NCBI GenBank assembly: GCA_964388265.1
Contig: CAYLXZ010000008.1
Span: 1 to 29,512, forward strand
Direction: 5' to 3'
Source: Candidatus Micrarchaeota archaeon
GTDB lineage: Archaea; B1Sed10-29
Length of the DNA: 29,512 nt
Part shown: positions 16,909 to 25,718 of the stretch, in pieces
How the letters are laid out: each line of letters begins with the position of its first letter
Position numbering within the stretch: position 1 is the stretch's first letter
Translations under genes and position numbers: made by a program
The notes under the pieces: generated by a model
Told to the model about the DNA's origin: nothing
Database searches by the model: none
What the model saw: only the letters and a program-made list of their open reading frames with translations

Positions 16909-17415
16909 ATGGACATAGATATGGATAGCTCACTAGTTGAAGAATTCCTTAAAAACAAGGCAGGTCCAGAAGCCTACAAAGTAGCGAAAGCCCTAGGAGA
17001 CGGAGTAACAGACCAAGAAATAAAGAAAAAAACAGATCTAGATATAAATAAGATTCGATCAGTCCTAAACAGACTACACTACCTTGGGATAATAGAATAC
17101 GACAAAGAAAAAGCTGAAAAATCCAGTTGGTACACCTACACATGGTTCCTAAGAGAAGAAAGAATAAAAGAACTACTAGAAGAAACCTATGAAGAAGAAC
17201 TTCAGAAACTTCAAAAAAACCTAGAGTTGAAGGAAAACCACGTTTTCTTCGAATGCAAGAACAACTGTGAGACCCAGCCATTCGAAGTAGCCTACGAATA
17301 CAACTTCGAGTGCCCAGAATGCGGGGAAGAGATGGAGAAATCCCAGGAAGACGGAGTAGAAGAAATAAAAGAAAGAATAAACGAAATAAAAGACCTTCTA
17401 GGTAAAGATGAATAA
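16909..17415 (+). CDS. tfe: Transcription factor E (TFIIE alpha homologue)
   Basis: wHTH (TD.EI...T.L..N.IR..L..L...G; WYTYTW) plus Zn ribbon (FF.C...C; F.CPECG); next to aTrm56. Confidence 0.93.
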   Translation: MDIDMDSSLVEEFLKNKAGPEAYKVAKALGDGVTDQEIKKKTDLDINKIRSVLNRLHYLGIIEYDKEKAEKSSWYTYTWFLREERIKELLEETYEEELQKLQKNLELKENHVFFECKNNCETQPFEVAYEYNFECPECGEEMEKSQEDGVEEIKERINEIKDLLGKDE

Positions 17416-18040
17416 AACCAATAAGGAACTGGTCAATCAATTAATCAAAAAAGATCTCATCAAGTCTGAAAAAGTTAAGAAAGCTTTCTTAAAAGTAGAC
17501 AGAAGAAATTTTCTACCAGAAAACAAGAAAAAATGGAGCTACTCCGATACACCTATCCCAATAGGGGAAGGACAAACTATATCTGCTCCACACATGGTAG
17601 CGATAATGACTGAGGAGCTAGATGTTAAAGAAACATCTAAAATCCTAGAGATAGGAACAGGGTCCGGTTACCAGGTCGCATTACTCGGAGAAATCGCTGA
17701 AAAAGGAGAAATACACACCACTGAGAAAGTAAAATCACTCTACCAGAAAGCCAAGAAAAAACTAAAGAGATACAACAACATCACAATACATCACACCGAT
17801 GGATCCACAGGAATACCGGAAGTAGCCCCCTTTGATAGAATAATCTCCACCTGCGGAGCACCGGAAATACCAAAAACATGGAAAAAACAACTCAAAGAAA
17901 CCGGAATAATTCTTACACCAGTCGGAAGAAAATACAGACAGAGGCTGAAAAAATACAGAAAAAAAGAAGGAGAACTAATAGAAGAAGATCTTAATCTCCC
18001 ATGCGCCTTCGTACCCATGAAAGGGAAACACGGTTTCTAA
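17408..18040 (+). CDS. pcm: Protein-L-isoaspartate O-methyltransferase
   Basis: GQTISAPHMVA, ILEIGTGSGYQ, DGS.G....APFDRI, AFVPM.G. Confidence 0.96.
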   Translation: MNKTNKELVNQLIKKDLIKSEKVKKAFLKVDRRNFLPENKKKWSYSDTPIPIGEGQTISAPHMVAIMTEELDVKETSKILEIGTGSGYQVALLGEIAEKGEIHTTEKVKSLYQKAKKKLKRYNNITIHHTDGSTGIPEVAPFDRIISTCGAPEIPKTWKKQLKETGIILTPVGRKYRQRLKKYRKKEGELIEEDLNLPCAFVPMKGKHGF

Positions 18041-21000
18041 AATGATATAAAACCACAGAGAAGGCAATGAGAGAGACAATGATAACCAGGTAAAAAAGAG
18101 TTGTGTCAATAGGAGAATGAGAAACAGAGGCTCCCATGACATCTCTATCTACACTTTTCTCTAGGTCATCTACAACTTTAAAGGTAGAGTAGTCTTCCAG
18201 GGAAGCGCACTTCACATGTAACTCATGTTGCCCTGATTTCACATCTGAATAGGATCTAGTTAAGATACCTTGTTCTTGGTTCATTTGCTTCCAACGAGAA
18301 TTATCTATCTTTATGATGCAGTCTTTAACGTTAAGTGCCTTTACTTTTGCCTTAAAGGAAGTGTTTGCCCTTGAAACAGGTTCAAGTATCTGTAATTTCT
18401 TCCCCGTCAACCTTTGTTTTTTAGTTTCCTTTTCAAGGGTCTTGTTCTCTGGGGTTTTATTACTTGTATCGTTTCTTTCTGGTTCTAGAGAAGCTGCGCC
18501 TCCTCCAAGTCCTCCTGCTCCACCACCAGCACCTCCTCCATTTGAACCGGAATCACCATCATCTTCAGAGTCTTCCTCTATATCGTAACTGGTTACATAA
18601 GTTAACGTGCTTAGGGGATCTCCTTCCCTGGTTATTTCACCGTTTTCAGCTTCATACTTTATTCTCTGCCAGTTTGAAAGATTGCTTGCACTGCAATTTA
18701 ATGGGTTTTTATTGATGCATTTGTAGAGCGATATATTTTTCCAGTTTTTTCCTTTGTCCTGGATGAATGATATATTCTTCACATGGTTTGAGAGGTTGCT
18801 GGATATCTTTGTCATGTGTTGATGTTCTCCTGGGAAGGTATCTGTGTTTATATCTCTTTTCTCGGCCTTTATTGGAGCTTTGAAGGGTACTTCTATCTTC
18901 TTTGTTTCATTTGCTTTTATCTTGGCGGTGTGTGAAGTGGTTTGTTGTGCTTTGGATATGTTTAAGTCGGTGAGTGGAATAGTGATGTTGTAGGTGGATC
19001 TTGGGTCAGTGTTGTTTAGCTCTATGGGTGCTACGGCATCTATTTTTTGGGTAGAAGTGGTTACTGGTGTCTTGCTTTCTATAGGGTGTTTTTCCTTGAG
19101 TTTAATTACATTGCTGCCATTGCAAGTAGCTATATGATAGTTTTTTTCTTCTGTAAGTGCTTTTACTTTGTTTCTATAGGTAGTGCAGTTCCATCTTGGT
19201 TCTTCTTTGTATTGGAGTGACAGATTGGTGAAGTTCCGGTTGTATCTTGACTTGGTTTTTATCTTCATTTCTTTGGAGATGTCTTGATTTATCTTAACTG
19301 GTCCTAGGGGCTCCGTTACCCATGTGTTTTCTATCCTGTCCCCTCTTGCCTGCATCTCCACAGTGTTTTTTCCTGGTGTCAAGGTCACTTCTAGGTCTGT
19401 GTTGCAGCTTAACTGTTCTTTACAGTTTCCTGGAATTGATATTTGGGTGTAGTTAATCTGATCTGTGTTGTTTATAGTAGCTGTGGTGTTCCATATCTGT
19501 AAGGATAGATTAGCTTTTTTTATGTTCCAAGGTCCTCTTGTATAGGTTAACATGTTTTCTTTCTTTTGTTCTAGGTGGATATTTCTTTCTTCTTTGGGTT
19601 CGAGTTCTGTGGTTCCTTTTTTCTTTATTGGTTTCCATCCTTGTGTCGCTGTGGAACTCCAAGATATGTTATGGTATTTTATAGTGTCTGTGTTGTTTAA
19701 TTTGATAGGTATGACTGTGTAGGCTGTTCCATTAACTTCTGTGGTTTTTTCTAGGTGTTGTTTTCTTTTTCTTCTTTGTTTGGTGATTACGTTATCTTTC
19801 TCTAGCTTTATTTGTATCTCTTTGGTTTGGTTAGGTTCAATCTCTATTTCTCCGGATCTTGGGTCCTTTGCCTTCCAGTCTTTGTTTGCTGAATAATTGT
19901 ATTTGAATTCTATTTGTTTATTTATTGGTCCATAAGGTGGTTCGTTAGCTTTATTGGTTACTTTGATGTTTTCTTGTGTGGTTACTGGTGATAAGGGTTT
20001 TACTAGTGTATCTGGATTTTGCTCTCTGTGTTCTTCGATGTATAGGTTTGTCTTAATTGGGTCTAAAGTGTATGTGCAGGTTACTTGTTTTTCATTGTCC
20101 ACTGTACCGAGTTCGAAGGTAAATCCTTCTTTTTCTGCTTTTTTTACGTCTAATTGGTTTCCTTGTGTAGAACAACTTATCTCTTTTGGTTCTGGTGTCT
20201 TGTAGGTGGCATTAGGGATGTTTATGGTGTTATCTGAGTGGAATCTAATTGTTTTGTTTATTTTTAGTTCTTTTTTGGTTTTATTTGGGTTCATATCGAG
20301 GTTTAGAGACAGTTGATTCACTGTTTGGTTGAAGTAGGCTACCTCGTCATCTAGGAAAAGTATCTGGTTATTTTCTTCTGAATCTGCTTCAATTCTTATG
20401 TTGGTGGTTCTAGGTTCATCTATATCTTGATCTAGGTATATGGTAGCTTTTTCTCCTGGTTCTAAAGTACCTATATTGTTCTTTGAAAGGTTTCTGTTGG
20501 CTGAGATTGGGTTTAGAGTTAGGTTTGTGGTTTTAAATGTTCCTTTGTTCTTTATCTTTATGGGTATCTTGTAGTTTCCTTGGTAATCATCTTCAACTGG
20601 GTTTATCCAGCTTGTATTTGCTTTGAGGTGGGGAATTGTTTGTTCAGTGGATTTAGTTATGTTAATTCTTTTTATTCTGCTTCTTAGGAAATATAGTTGG
20701 ATGTGAGAGCTTCCTGTTCTTGTGTAGCTGGCTCCTGTGTTTCGAACAGCATTAGAGTAGGATATAAACTTTACTCTAAGGTTAGTGGTGTTAAGATTCG
20801 TTGCCTTAACTGAACTTAATTCTTCTTTATTGCTCCAGTCGCTACGGGTTGATCCTGTTTTCCAGTTCTCTATATCTTTATATTCTTTCTCCGTCATTGA
20901 ATTATGGCCAAGCCCTAGTTCTGATCTATATAGAGTTACTTCATTTTCTGATTGATTGTAAGTTAACCTATATACTGCTGACTCCCAGTCCATGCTTTCT

Positions 21001-21773
21001 CCATATCTTAGACGTCTTTCATAGATCTTTTTAGTGGTTGACCCGTCTGTGAGGTAGATTTTAGATTCGGCTATTGATTCGTCTCCTCTTGTTCCTAGGT
21101 TATGTTTCATGTAGTAATATGTTTCGTCTGTTACATTGTTCAGTACAGGTAATTTTGATTCTAATGTTGCTTCTGCGTGGTCTCTTGGTGAGTTTTCCGG
21201 TTCTCCACCATATATATTTGTCTTTGCTTTTGTGTATATTTTTATATGGTTTTGTTTTTCCTCTATTAGAGTGGTGTCGTCGCTTGGGTTCCCTGATTCT
21301 CCATAGCAAAAGGACCTGCAATTATACCATTTTCTTGTCTGAGTTTCCCAGAGGTGAGTGTTTCTTTCTCCGTCTTCAAACTCGTCTTCATACCCTGTTG
21401 AGAACTCTGAGGATAATGGATCTGCTCGTGGGTACCCGTAGTATAGATAGGTTTTTCCTTCTGGTGTATGGTTTGTTATGTTGATTTCAGCGTATAGGTC
21501 AGTTTTCTCTGTGTTACAGTTTTCTACATGTAAAGGTAAAGTTTTTCCTTGGTTCACTATCCTTAGATCACTGCAGTCTTGCTTTAGTTTTTCTTCTTCT
21601 ATTAATTTCTGTGTGTTTAATTTTAGCTCGAAGATTTCTTCTTGTGTTTGGTTGCTTTCGCTATGTATAGTTAGTTCTTTTCGGTGTTTCCAGTTGTTGT
21701 TCCACCAGTTTAGAGATAAAGCCAATTGAGACACTATAACAATAACCAAGAGTGTTTTTGCAGTCTTCTCCAT
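17991..21773 (-). CDS. Large cell-surface glycoprotein (DUF2341-like N-terminus, C-terminal membrane anchor)
   Basis: Signal peptide, WWN..WKHRKELTI...DCSDLRIV, many sequons, repeated beta-rich modules, acidic/Gly linker, C-terminal TM and basic tail. Confidence 0.85.
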   Translation of the reverse strand: MEKTAKTLLVIVIVSQLALSLNWWNNNWKHRKELTIHSESNQTQEEIFELKLNTQKLIEEEKLKQDCSDLRIVNQGKTLPLHVENCNTEKTDLYAEINITNHTPEGKTYLYYGYPRADPLSSEFSTGYEDEFEDGERNTHLWETQTRKWYNCRSFCYGESGNPSDDTTLIEEKQNHIKIYTKAKTNIYGGEPENSPRDHAEATLESKLPVLNNVTDETYYYMKHNLGTRGDESIAESKIYLTDGSTTKKIYERRLRYGESMDWESAVYRLTYNQSENEVTLYRSELGLGHNSMTEKEYKDIENWKTGSTRSDWSNKEELSSVKATNLNTTNLRVKFISYSNAVRNTGASYTRTGSSHIQLYFLRSRIKRINITKSTEQTIPHLKANTSWINPVEDDYQGNYKIPIKIKNKGTFKTTNLTLNPISANRNLSKNNIGTLEPGEKATIYLDQDIDEPRTTNIRIEADSEENNQILFLDDEVAYFNQTVNQLSLNLDMNPNKTKKELKINKTIRFHSDNTINIPNATYKTPEPKEISCSTQGNQLDVKKAEKEGFTFELGTVDNEKQVTCTYTLDPIKTNLYIEEHREQNPDTLVKPLSPVTTQENIKVTNKANEPPYGPINKQIEFKYNYSANKDWKAKDPRSGEIEIEPNQTKEIQIKLEKDNVITKQRRKRKQHLEKTTEVNGTAYTVIPIKLNNTDTIKYHNISWSSTATQGWKPIKKKGTTELEPKEERNIHLEQKKENMLTYTRGPWNIKKANLSLQIWNTTATINNTDQINYTQISIPGNCKEQLSCNTDLEVTLTPGKNTVEMQARGDRIENTWVTEPLGPVKINQDISKEMKIKTKSRYNRNFTNLSLQYKEEPRWNCTTYRNKVKALTEEKNYHIATCNGSNVIKLKEKHPIESKTPVTTSTQKIDAVAPIELNNTDPRSTYNITIPLTDLNISKAQQTTSHTAKIKANETKKIEVPFKAPIKAEKRDINTDTFPGEHQHMTKISSNLSNHVKNISFIQDKGKNWKNISLYKCINKNPLNCSASNLSNWQRIKYEAENGEITREGDPLSTLTYVTSYDIEEDSEDDGDSGSNGGGAGGGAGGLGGGAASLEPERNDTSNKTPENKTLEKETKKQRLTGKKLQILEPVSRANTSFKAKVKALNVKDCIIKIDNSRWKQMNQEQGILTRSYSDVKSGQHELHVKCASLEDYSTFKVVDDLEKSVDRDVMGASVSHSPIDTTLFYLVIIVSLIAFSVVLYHFRNRVSLSWVRRRMGD

Positions 21774-21929
21774 CTCTATCTGTAGGTATTGTTTGTGGCT
21801 GGTAATAAAGGGTTTTTCTAAAGGTTGTGAGTTAATCTATGTTAATCTCTAGTCCAGGCTCCAGATTTTTATATAAGTATAAGGTTAATATATTAACAGA
21901 AAAGTTCTTTATTTATTTCATCCTATTAT

Positions 21930-22035
21930 AGCGGGGTGGGGCAGCCTGGAGTGCCCGGCGGGCTCATAAAAAAGGTTGAGCTTCAACCTTCTTTGAGATA
22001 CCCGCAGGTCAGTGGTCCAAATCCACTCCCCGCTA
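21930..22035 (+). tRNA. Initiator tRNA-Met(CAT) with 31-nt intron at 37/38 (21969-21999)
   Basis: A1:T72 (AGCGGGG/CCCCGCT-A), GGG/CCC anticodon-stem pairs, CTCATA^A loop; BHB CTCA/TGAG with TA^A and AT^A bulges. Confidence 0.95.
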
Positions 22036-22097
22036 TCTATCTAATTTTAGGTTTTTATCACTCTTCTAAGAATCTAAATCAGGTTATTGTAATAATC

Positions 22098-22157
22098 TTT
22101 TTAGGCACTACATCGTTCTCTTCTAAAGGATGTAGGAACTACATTGGAGCCTAAAAA
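22098..22157. repeat. 60-bp MITE/REP-like unit with two CTACAT motifs
   Basis: Ends TTTTTAGGC...GCCTAAAAA (9-bp inverted); CTACAT at 22108 and 22139, 31 bp apart. Confidence 0.75.
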
Positions 22158-22162
22158 AGATA

Positions 22163-22192
22163 GTACTGTTGGTAGTACTGAAAGTATATATT
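22163..22192 (+). promoter_or_regulatory. TACT-N3-AGTA operator overlapping the TATA box of the TrmB-like gene
   Basis: TACTGAAAGTA at 22176-22186, imperfect TACTGTTGGTA at 22164-22174, TATATATT at 22185-22192. Confidence 0.6.
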
Positions 22193-22214
22193 ACCTAGGG
22201 CACCAAATAAAAAC

Positions 22215-22976
22215 ATGGAAAAAGAAGAGATGGAAGACCTCCTGTATAAACTAGGACTATCAAACTATCAGGCTCGATTATACAAAGCTCTCGTTAACCT
22301 AGAAGAAGGAACAGTATCTAAAATAGCTAAAGAAGCAGAAATACCAACCAACAAAGCCTACGGAGACCTAGAATGGCTATACGAAAACGAATTCATATCA
22401 CTATCTTCCAAAAAACCTCTAAGATACAAAATAATAGATCCAGAAGTAGTTTTACAGTCAAAGATAGAAAGAAGAATAAATAAACTAGAAAATTTAAAAG
22501 ATAAGACCAGTGAAGTTGTTTCTAATCCTAAAAAAACCAAGAAAAGCAGCGATGTCTCCATATTAAGAGGTAGAGACCTATTCTTTTCCCGAATGAAGAA
22601 ACAACTTAGAAACTGTGAAAACTCCGTACTAGCAACTATAGGAACAAGTAGAGTTGATTCAGAGTTACTGAAAATAGAGGAAGAAGTTACTTCTAGAGGA
22701 GTAGATATGAGATTCATAGCTGGCTACAACGAAGATGCCGTGCCTAGAATAAAGAAACATATAGATGTAGGGGTAAACGTACGGTTTTCAGAACAAGAAA
22801 ACGTTCGGTTTACAGTATGGGATGAGGAAGTGATTACTTTTAGGGTTCACACAGAGAATGATGAAGATTACTACTCTATATGGATAGAGAGCCCTGCTCT
22901 AGCGAGAATAATGAAATCTTACTTCAATACAGTTTGGGAAAGTAGCTTTAAGAAAGAAGAAATACTTAATAAATAG
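22215..22976 (+). CDS. TrmB-family transcriptional regulator
   Basis: L..LGLS.YQARLY.AL......T...IA....IP..KAY..L..L...; KPLRY...DP; C-terminal effector domain ending YF...WE. Confidence 0.9.
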   Translation: MEKEEMEDLLYKLGLSNYQARLYKALVNLEEGTVSKIAKEAEIPTNKAYGDLEWLYENEFISLSSKKPLRYKIIDPEVVLQSKIERRINKLENLKDKTSEVVSNPKKTKKSSDVSILRGRDLFFSRMKKQLRNCENSVLATIGTSRVDSELLKIEEEVTSRGVDMRFIAGYNEDAVPRIKKHIDVGVNVRFSEQENVRFTVWDEEVITFRVHTENDEDYYSIWIESPALARIMKSYFNTVWESSFKKEEILNK

Positions 22977-23271
22977 AGGTTTATATTTCTCTCTGACCCC
23001 TTTCTTCCGGTATTGAGTTAATTTCAGTGAACTTCGATTTTTCAACCTTATATCAGGGATTGATGAAAATCTTTATTTTCTTTTAATCTCTGGTTCTGAG
23101 TTAACTTTCGTAGGTTAAAAAGATTTTCTACTCTTTCTAAAGGTTTGCGTGTTTGTTAGTTGTTTGTCTTTTGTTTATTGTATTGTTATTGTTTGTATGA
23201 AAACAATTTAATGCGTAATTCTTGCAGGAGTTTTAGGTTGAGTTTTACTCGATTCCTGTATTTTTAGAATT

Positions 23272-23916
23272 CTAAATCGATTCTATGAATTTCAATGCTT
23301 TTTCTATATCTGGTTTGAATGGTAGTTTATTTAGTATGTCTTTCATTTCATCAGTGTGTTCGAGTAACCTGTCGAGTGCTCTCGATTCTTCCTCAGCGAA
23401 TCTAGATCCATGTATCTTTACTCTTATCTTTCCCTTGTATTCTTCTTGTAAGTAGGAGTAAAATAGGTTCAGGATATTCCAGAAGTAGTTTTGGTTCTCT
23501 TTGTTTTCAATGAATCTATACATCAGGGCCACGGTCTCTAGGTTTATTTCTTCTAATACAGGTAGTTTTCGTATGTAGGAGTCTTTTCCTAGGTAGAAGA
23601 AGTTTATTTGGTATAGTTCAGTTAGTTTCCTTGGTTTTGGTCTGTCTATAGATTCATAGTGTCTTCTTAGTAGTTCTCGAGCTCTTTCCCAATTACCATC
23701 TTCTTTTGTGTACTTTACTAAGAGATTTCTTTTTTCTAGGTCTTTTATTATGTGTTTTTTCAGTTTCTTGGTTGCTCTGTAGTCTTCTGTGTTGGGGTAG
23801 AAATCTTCTAGTTCTTTCTTTAGGTATCGAGTTGTCGAGATGGGTGTTCTAGGTACTGGGTATCTTAGGTATTCAAGAGTTTTTTCTTTTGCTTCTTCCT
23901 TGTTAAAATAAACCAT
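23272..23916 (-). CDS. Hypothetical protein
   Basis: 214-aa ORF with normal codon use; family not recognised. Confidence 0.7.
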   Translation of the reverse strand: MVYFNKEEAKEKTLEYLRYPVPRTPISTTRYLKKELEDFYPNTEDYRATKKLKKHIIKDLEKRNLLVKYTKEDGNWERARELLRRHYESIDRPKPRKLTELYQINFFYLGKDSYIRKLPVLEEINLETVALMYRFIENKENQNYFWNILNLFYSYLQEEYKGKIRVKIHGSRFAEEESRALDRLLEHTDEMKDILNKLPFKPDIEKALKFIESI

Positions 23917-24009
23917 TTAACCCACATATATCATGTAGGTTATACTGGTTATTATTTCTTTTCCTATTCTGGTTCTGCAACCAATATATGAAAAAGGAGT
24001 AGAGGGTTT

Positions 24010-24336
24010 TTATTGGCTCATAAAGTTTCCGAAAGCGCTTGATTTACTTTCTTCTGTTGTTTGTTTTTTCTTGGTTGTTTCACTGGTTTTTCTTTTTGGT
24101 ATTTTACTTCCTAACAGCACTATGTCTCCTATTGATTCTACCTTGTCGTATGAGACGCTTTGGTCTTTTATGAGAGATTTTAGTTCTCTTTTGGTTATTC
24201 CTTTTAGTTTGTTGGTGCTGAGTCTCTCTACTTTTCCTTGTTCTATGTCTAGGATTACATCGCTTACTGAGCCTATTTTTTCTCCTTCTCCTGAGAATAT
24301 TGGTTTTCCGTATATCTCTGATATCTTTTTACCCAT
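24010..24336 (-). CDS. PRC-barrel domain protein with basic tail
   Basis: ISEIYGKPIFS.EGEKIG.V.DVILD...GKV ... VSYDKVESIGDIVLL. Confidence 0.9.
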   Translation of the reverse strand: MGKKISEIYGKPIFSGEGEKIGSVSDVILDIEQGKVERLSTNKLKGITKRELKSLIKDQSVSYDKVESIGDIVLLGSKIPKRKTSETTKKKQTTEESKSSAFGNFMSQ

Positions 24337-24412
24337 ATTTTATCACAGGTAATGAAAAGAAGTTTTAGTTTATATACATTATGGTGATTTTTCGAGGTTG
24401 AGAAAACACCCC

Positions 24413-24432
24413 TAATACTGGAAGTAGGGGGT
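24413..24432. repeat. Direct repeat copy 1, TAATACTGGAAGTAGGGGGT
   Basis: Matches 24740-24760 except for one inserted T; contains TACT-N3-AGTA. Confidence 0.75.
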
Positions 24433-24451
24433 CACTCAGTTGTTTTTTTAA

Positions 24452-24489
24452 ATGTAGTGCCTAAAATATATTAAGATGTAGTGCCTAAA
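24452..24489 (+). promoter_or_regulatory. Two ATGTAGTGCCTAAA boxes bracketing a TATA box
   Basis: Exact 14-mers at 24452-24465 and 24476-24489, ATATATTAAG between them, ATG at 24497. Confidence 0.75.
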
Positions 24490-24496
24490 GATAACC

Positions 24497-24685
24497 ATGG
24501 TTTACCTCAGGAAGAAGGATATATATAGGAATGATTACTGGTATTTATGTAGGTCAAAAAGAGTCGATGGGGATGTAAAGCAGGAAGTAGTGTCTTATAT
24601 TGGTTCTTGTGGCTCTATATCTAGAGAGAAAGCTGAAGAAGAAAAAGAAAAGGTTCAGCATAGGTTAGATCAAGAACAGAATTAA
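24497..24685 (+). CDS. 62-aa putative DNA-binding protein resembling the N-terminal domain of IS1634-type transposases
   Basis: Pattern YLRKK.....YWYL..S.RVDG.VKQ.VV.YIG recognised from memory, no search run; TATA about 25 nt before ATG. Confidence 0.65.
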   Translation: MVYLRKKDIYRNDYWYLCRSKRVDGDVKQEVVSYIGSCGSISREKAEEEKEKVQHRLDQEQN

Positions 24686-24739
24686 ATAAAATTCTTGCAG
24701 ACTAAATAAAAACTATAAAACTATGTTTAAAAAGTATAT

Positions 24740-24760
24740 TAATACTGGAAGTATGGGGGT
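24740..24760. repeat. Direct repeat copy 2, TAATACTGGAAGTATGGGGGT
   Basis: Partner of 24413-24432. Confidence 0.75.
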
Positions 24761-24833
24761 GGCCAGATACTTAAGTGTTTGGCTCAGATCTATATCTTCT
24801 TCTAATCCTCAACGAAAATTAGAACAAGGGTAA

Positions 24834-25418
24834 TTATACCTTTAGATCCTCATTACTCGAATTAACTCGATAGTAGACTTTTCGCCCAACTCTCTTCTTA
24901 GAAAGATGATTGGCCTTAAATAAAGTGTTTAATAGTTCTGAACATCTATTCTGGCTTAGATCTAGTTCTTCAGATAAATCAGAAGCATTTAATTCTCCTT
25001 TTTCCTGGGTTATTTCGATGACTTGTCGAAGTCTCGGGGATAGTTTCGATTCTTTCGAGGTTTCTCGCGACACATCGCGAGTACTCTCGACATCCTCTTT
25101 TTTACTTATTTCCACCATCCAGTCAAGCATATCTTCGTATAATTCTTTTATTTCTAGCAATTCATCTATTTTTTTGTTCATTTCCCACAGGATCTCTCTT
25201 TCTTCTATTTTCTGCAAGTTTTCTTGACTTTTTACTTTTTGTTGGGTTCTCACGTTGTTTCGGGAGGCGCTGGCGCTCACATTAGAAGTAGAACTATTGG
25301 CGGTCACATTTGTTTCCTTGTTCTGGCTTTTACTTTCGGCTTCTTCTACCTGTTTCTTGATCTCGCTCTCACTTTTGCCCTCACTTAAGAGGGATTTGAA
25401 AAAAGATGACAGACCCAT
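24834..25418 (-). CDS. Protein with N-terminal amphipathic helix, low-complexity/helical middle and C-terminal winged HTH
   Basis: MGLSSFFKSLLS; C-terminus LSPR.RQVIEI..EKGELNASDLSEELDLSQNRCSELLNTL.....LSKKRVGRKVYYRV; GGTGAGG RBS. Confidence 0.85.
   Translation of the reverse strand: MGLSSFFKSLLSEGKSESEIKKQVEEAESKSQNKETNVTANSSTSNVSASASRNNVRTQQKVKSQENLQKIEEREILWEMNKKIDELLEIKELYEDMLDWMVEISKKEDVESTRDVSRETSKESKLSPRLRQVIEITQEKGELNASDLSEELDLSQNRCSELLNTLFKANHLSKKRVGRKVYYRVNSSNEDLKV
25015..25090. repeat. About 10-bp-phased TCGA/TCGCGA array inside the wHTH gene
   Basis: TCG starts at 25015, 25026, 25034, 25046, 25055, 25065, 25075, 25087. Confidence 0.65.
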
Positions 25419-25625
25419 TTCCTCACCTGCGTCACACTATATTTTTCTCTCTTTGTGTTTTTATACTTTTGCACTCACATTTCCTTTTTGAGTCATAGGT
25501 ATTTTTCCGGATTTTCTTGTTTTTTGTCTATTTTATGGTCTGGCTCTCACATTTTTTCCAGTCACACATTAACTTTATTATATATTTTCTAGTATAATGT
25601 TCTATTAGTATATTCTTGCACACAT
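25249..25625. repeat. Co-oriented (C/G)TCACATT-type repeat array
   Basis: Exact or variant copies at 25249, 25276, 25303, 25368, 25380, 25431, 25474, 25546, 25561; degenerate one at 25618. Confidence 0.7.
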
Positions 25626-25718
25626 AAAATGAATTTATTATAATTAATTTATTAAAAAATAACCAAAACCTTTAAATATATGTTTTTCCTTTTATGTTTT
25701 AGGAACGAGGTGATATCG

